DNA of 64,000 nucleotides from an uncultured Spirochaetota bacterium. Lineage in GTDB: Bacteria > Spirochaetota > Spirochaetia > SZUA-6 > Fen-1364. Both the position numbers and the translations under genes were made by a program. The stretch lies in contig CAVTER010000015.1 in the NCBI GenBank assembly GCA_963733835.1, positions 196,979-260,978 of the forward strand, written 5' to 3'. The notes beneath the pieces were generated by a model. That model saw only the letters and a program-made list of their open reading frames with translations. It searched no databases and was not told where the DNA came from. Shown one piece after another: positions 60,314-64,000 of the stretch (position 1 is the first letter of the stretch; the number at the start of each line of letters is the position of its first letter).

Positions 60314-60754
60314 ATGAAATCGCAGCTGCTGGAGGAAAGGATCCGCCGTGTCACGGTGCTCTTTTCCGAGCTCAGCTACCACGTTGTCGAAGACGAACGG
60401 TCGCACAATGCGTACTCGGCCACGTTCGAGGACGAGGAGGGGTTCCAGGCAGGGGCCCTGATAGAGCGGGGAAGCAGGTTCCTCGAGCTGGCCTATGCCC
60501 TGACTTTCCCGCCCGCATTCTCGCAGCTCATGAAGGTGAAGCTGGAGGAGATGCTGAAGGTCTGCTACGAGTACGGCTGCTACGTCAGCCTCCAGCAGAC
60601 GGCGAGCGAGATCGCCTTTTCCGTGTTCACGAAGATCTACTATTCCGGACTGACGTACTACTCCCTGCGCGACAGCCTGCGGGATTTCCGCGACTGCGTG
60701 GCCGCGCTCATGGACCTCATGGAGATGGAGAAGACGACCGAGGAGGGTCAGTAG
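60314..60754 (+). CDS. Hypothetical protein (possibly YbjN-like)
   Basis: Intact 146-aa ORF with ordinary globular composition. The family call is weak. Confidence 0.45.
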   Translation: MKSQLLEERIRRVTVLFSELSYHVVEDERSHNAYSATFEDEEGFQAGALIERGSRFLELAYALTFPPAFSQLMKVKLEEMLKVCYEYGCYVSLQQTASEIAFSVFTKIYYSGLTYYSLRDSLRDFRDCVAALMDLMEMEKTTEEGQ

Positions 60755-61035
60755 TACTCGGAGAAGACCTGCGCGTCCCCGAGCCGCCCCTCGGCGTGAC
60801 TGTCCACGAACCGCAGGGCCTTGTTCAGCACGGCCTCGCCCAGCTGCTTCGAGTTGGAGACGTAGGCAGCCCCGATCTGCGCCATCGACAGCGAATCCTG
60901 CAGGTCGACCTCGGCAACCGCCAGCCGGAACCTCACGCGCAGCTTTTCCTTGATCGACGAGACGATCCGGCGCTTCTCCTTCAGGGAGGAGAGGGGCGGA
61001 AGCTCCAGGCGGAACTGCAGCATCGACACGACCAC
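60748..61035 (-). CDS. DUF503 (YlxP-like) protein
   Basis: RBS GAGG-N7-GTG 61035. LQFRLELPPLSSLKEKRRIV. Confidence 0.75.
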   Translation of the reverse strand: MVVSMLQFRLELPPLSSLKEKRRIVSSIKEKLRVRFRLAVAEVDLQDSLSMAQIGAAYVSNSKQLGEAVLNKALRFVDSHAEGRLGDAQVFSEYY

Positions 61036-61048
61036 GGGCCGACCTCAG

Positions 61049-61148
61049 CCCGTCGCCTTCAAGCGACCCGTCGCCTTCGAGCGACCCGTCGCCTTCGAGC
61101 GACCCGTCGCCTTCAAGCGACCCGTCGCCTTCAAGCGACCCGTCGCTG
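61049..61148. repeat. 5.5 x 18-bp perfect tandem repeat CCCGTCGCCTTC(A/G)AGCGA
   Basis: Direct reading. Five full units start at 61049, 61067, 61085, 61103 and 61121, with a partial unit at 61139. The only variable base follows the pattern A,G,G,A,A. Confidence 0.92.
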
Positions 61149-61234
61149 CGATATACTTTCCGGCGGGAGAGCAGGGAAGTCGGGATGCAGCGGGCGGGCG
61201 GGCGCGAAAACTCATCGTCCACATTCTCGGTCCT

Positions 61235-61272
61235 GCCGTTCATTTACATGAACGGCGGAATCGGTGAATAAT
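61235..61272 (+). promoter_or_regulatory. 22-bp perfect palindrome GCCGTTCAT-TTAC-ATGAACGGC overlapping the candidate promoter TTTACA-N18-AATAAT of the giant secreted-protein gene
   Basis: Palindrome 61235-61256. TTTACA 61243-61248, AATAAT 61267-61272, ATG 61282. Confidence 0.45.
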
Positions 61273-61281
61273 CCCACCCGC

Positions 61282-64000
61282 ATGGCGCCAAGACGGACCG
61301 TCTCCGCGGTCGTGATGCTCTTCGCCCTCGCCGCGACGGCGCTCCGCGCTGCCGACCTCGTGGTGCCGCCGGCCGAGGCGCCGACGGAGATCTTTTCGCT
61401 GTCCGTGGGCGATGCGGAAGTGGAGCTGGGCCTCCTGGGATCCTGGACGCTGGGAGCCTCGATCGGGGCCGGGCTCCTCCTCGCCCCCGGGCTCGCCCCG
61501 CAGTTCATCACCTCCTTCCCGACCCTCGAGCTGAGCCCGCTTTTCACCCAGACGCCCGACGTGACCATCCAGCTTCGCATGATGCGGAAGTACTTCCTCG
61601 AGGTGTCGGTCCTCGGAAGCTTCGCGGACAACGCGATCGTCGCCGGGTACGACGGGGAGGCAGGGGAGGTGCTGCGGCAGGTCCGCGTCGGGACCAGGGG
61701 CATCGGGCAGGAGCAGTCGCGGTTCCTGCAGGTGCCCGAGCAGGACAGGAGCTCCCTCGGTGCGTCGGCGCGGTTCGCGGCGGGGGCGTCGGTCAACGAC
61801 CTGCTGCTGCGCTGGGACTCCTCGGGCACCAGGACCAAGTCCTTCGTGGGGAAGAACGAGTTGTGGGAGGAGACGCACTCACCCGCATCCTTCATCCGGG
61901 GGCTGTCCTTCTTCCTGCCCGACACCGGCGTCGACAGCCTCGACGTGTTCCTCGAGGACCGGCAGGGGACGCTGCTCGGCGGGGACGGCCGCTTCTACCG
62001 GAAAGCGGGCTACGACGACGTGGTGCTCGACTCGAGCGCCGGACTTGTGACGCTGAAGGAGGCGCGGCCGGGAAGGGTCCTCGTGTTCTATCGAAGGAGC
62101 GGGTTCACGGTCGGATCACCGGCAATCGGCACGGACGGCCTTCCCAGCGACGTCGGCGGGACGCGGGATCCCACGACGCTGATCTCCTTCAACTGGGGCA
62201 TCACCTACTTCGGGCAGGGCATGGATCCGGCAAGGAAGGTGTCGATCCCCGGCACGGGCGACTGCCTTCTGTTGTGGGAGCCGGGCGACATCTCCCCCTT
62301 CGAGGTCCTCAACACCTACCAGTTCGAGGCGACACCCCCGGCCGACACCTCGCGTGTCACTGTCGACTTCCCGAAGACCTCAGGCGGCGGCGTTCCCCCG
62401 GCGGCGCTGCCGGCGCCGCGCATCGACGCTCCCAACCGGCGCTTCACGGTAGTCCGCCACGCCGACTCCACGGGCACGCACAGGTTCGAGAACTTCTTTC
62501 CCCTGTGGGACAGGGACCCCACGGGTCTGCTGTACGGCCCCGCGCGCGACTCCCTCGAGGGCGGCCTGGGCTACGAGATCCGCGCGCAGTTCCGCAGCCC
62601 CGTGGACCGCTACGTGCTCGAATCGGACATCGTTGCCGGCTCCGTGCAGGTGAGCCTGAACGGGGTCACGGAGACCCGCTTCGAGGTGGAGCCGGGTCCG
62701 GGACGCTCACCCTCCTTTTCGACGTGTCGCCGAGCGACAGGCTCGACGTGCGCTGGCGCAAGGCGTCAGAGGGACTCTCGGGCGGGGACATCCTGTTCAC
62801 CTGGCGTGACAGGATCCCCCTGTCCGAGGCCGTCCTGCTCGACCTGTCCGCCGGCATCCGCTGGAACGCGGACCCCTGGTCCTACTCGCCCGAGCCGTAC
62901 GCCCGGTCCGGAACGCTGATCGCCTCCGCGGGGCTTTCCGGAAAGGCGACGAACCTCGACTGGGCGGTCACTGCCGCCGCGGCGGTCACCGACCCCGACA
63001 CCACCGGAATCCTGCGCCTTTTCGGCATGGAAGGGCATTCCTTCGCCGTGAGCCTGTCCGAGGATTCCGCCTACCCGGCCAGGGCGCCCGGCACGACGAT
63101 CCCGCTCCTCGTCCTGGACGAGTCCGACCGGGGGAAGCTCCTGTACAAGTCTCTCGCCTACGCCAGCGGCTCCCGGATGGGCCCCTACAACGCTGCCGGC
63201 AGTTCCGCGGGCTCGTCCACGGGGCAGAGCCTGGTCCTCGACTTCGACCTCCTGGCCGGCCAGTGGGTGGGAACGCAGATCCCCGTGGCAGGAGGGGCCG
63301 ACACCGACCTGACCGACGCGCGCGCGATCACCATCCGGCTGCGGGCCGAGGGGATCACGACCAGCGGACCGGGCTTCCAGGTGCACCTCCAGGTGGGCAG
63401 TGCAGGGGAGGATCTCGACACCGACCTGGTGCTGGACGCTGAAGCCTCGGCGACGGTGGCGGGCTTCGCTTTCAACACCTCCTCGGGCGACGTTCTGAAG
63501 GTGGGCGCCGGACCCCAGCTGCTGGGAAACGGCATCCTGGACTCGGAGGACAGGAACGGGAACGGCATCCTCGACGCGGAAGAGCCCTCGCGGCTGGTCA
63601 CGATCGACCCCTCCGCGCTGGCTTTCACGGGTGATGCGGGCTGGGCGACGGTGACCCACGCCTTCACGAGCGCCGAGCGCGCGCTGCTGGGCGCTGCCCG
63701 CGCTGTTCGCATCGTGATCACCTCGGCCACCGTGGCAAGCGCGGGAAGGGTCCTCATCGACTCCCTCTCCATCGAGAAGTCCCCGTTCTGGACGCAGAAT
63801 GTGCCGCCTGCCCTGCCGGCAGGGACCGTGCATGCCCGCGAGGCGGCCGAAACGCTCCTCGGGGCCGGTGACCCGGGGAGCGGCCGCAGGCTCGAGGACG
63901 CGTTCCCTGAGGTGGTCAGGCGCTTTCACGCGGGCTCGACGGGGCAGGAAGTCCTCGAGTTCAGCTGGCAGGGGGTCGGCGCGGCCGGTTCGAGGCTGAC
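61282..64000 (+). pseudogene. Very large secreted protein, no family recognised; continues past the window end (frameshift ~62690)
   Basis: MAPRRTVSAVVMLFALAATALRA signal peptide. ORF 61264-62919 continues in another frame from ..EVEPGSGTLTLLFDVSPSDRLDVRW to the window end. Late motif DSEDRNGNGILDAEE. Confidence 0.6.

Noticed and set aside
61049-61148. Possible CRISPR array (also considered for the 24-nt arrays at 34641-34688 and 45175-45260).
   Set aside because: The units are contiguous head-to-tail with no spacers and are only 18 or 24 nt long. No cas genes are present. These are simple tandem repeats.
60950-61267. ORFs translating the 18-bp repeat: PVAFKR repeats on the + strand, and GDGSLE repeats in 60149-61243(-).
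   Set aside because: The plus-strand ORF is antisense to DUF503 and has no SD. The minus-strand ORF is out of frame with DUF503 and starts inside the palindrome. Both look like by-products of an in-frame-length (18 nt) repeat.
61282-64000. Calling the giant protein a T9SS SprA-like translocon.
   Set aside because: This was only a vague impression from size and N-terminal beta-rich character. I cannot point to diagnostic motifs, and T9SS is not expected in spirochaete-like genomes.

Overview
The window is a high-G+C bacterial chromosomal segment with about 60 protein genes and 4 tRNAs (Arg-CCG, Gln-TTG, Asp-GTC, Pro-CGG). I found no rRNA, CRISPR array, transposase, integrase, phage gene or recognisable defence gene.

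Layout:
- The left ~16 kb is accessory transport and metabolism. It holds two sugar ABC permeases, two LmbE/PIG-L deacetylases flanking an orphan GatC-like PTS EIIC, a URO-D-like protein and a class-I-like xylose isomerase. It also holds a PotDABC-type ABC importer and a tRNA-Arg / Fsr-like MFS / aldehyde:ferredoxin oxidoreductase / membrane-protein string.
- The remaining ~48 kb is core housekeeping in long co-directional strings with many ATGA/GTGA/TTGA start-stop overlaps.
- These strings are rpsB-tsf-frr-uppS-cdsA-dxr-rseP-CpXC-WD40 and rpsF-ssb-rpsR-DUF2232-rplI-dnaB-comFB.
- They continue with rplU-prp-rpmA-obg-nadD-yqeK-LCP-rsfS and ispE-spoVG-tRNA-Gln-rplY-pth-tilS-ftsH-TPR-HtrA-like.
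- The last part holds lepA, ppiD-like-DUF115, a lipoprotein-PilZ pair, HD-TtcA-like-metallophosphoesterase, DUF503 and the start of a very large secreted protein.
- From memory, this order matches Spirochaetota (Borrelia/Treponema). I therefore infer a high-GC spirochaete-like lineage, probably a metagenome-assembled genome.

Assembly quality: many genes, including essential ones, are broken by frameshifts. The breaks cluster in blocks and, where I could resolve them, sit in G/C homopolymers. I read them as long-read assembly errors. They are typed 'pseudogene' only in the as-assembled sense.

Most notable observations:
1. Near-consensus sigma70-type promoters have a -10 hexamer ending only 7-9 nt before the start codon of several unrelated genes, which is a leaderless architecture. 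Two of these starts are non-AUG.
2. A 24-nt repeat family with a GGCGCC core sits at two gene junctions in opposite orientations. It supplies the rpmA Shine-Dalgarno sequence at one and the candidate start codons of a TPR protein at the other.
3. An 18-bp x5.5 tandem repeat and a 22-bp perfect palindrome lie in the divergent region upstream of the giant secreted protein.
4. A Prp protease gene is present although L27 appears to lack the N-terminal extension Prp normally removes.
5. A 125-aa polyacidic protein is encoded next to rsfS.
6. The deacetylase / orphan-EIIC sugar locus has an unusual composition.

I did not find a convincing self-contained novel multi-gene system. Candidates are flagged with modest scores.
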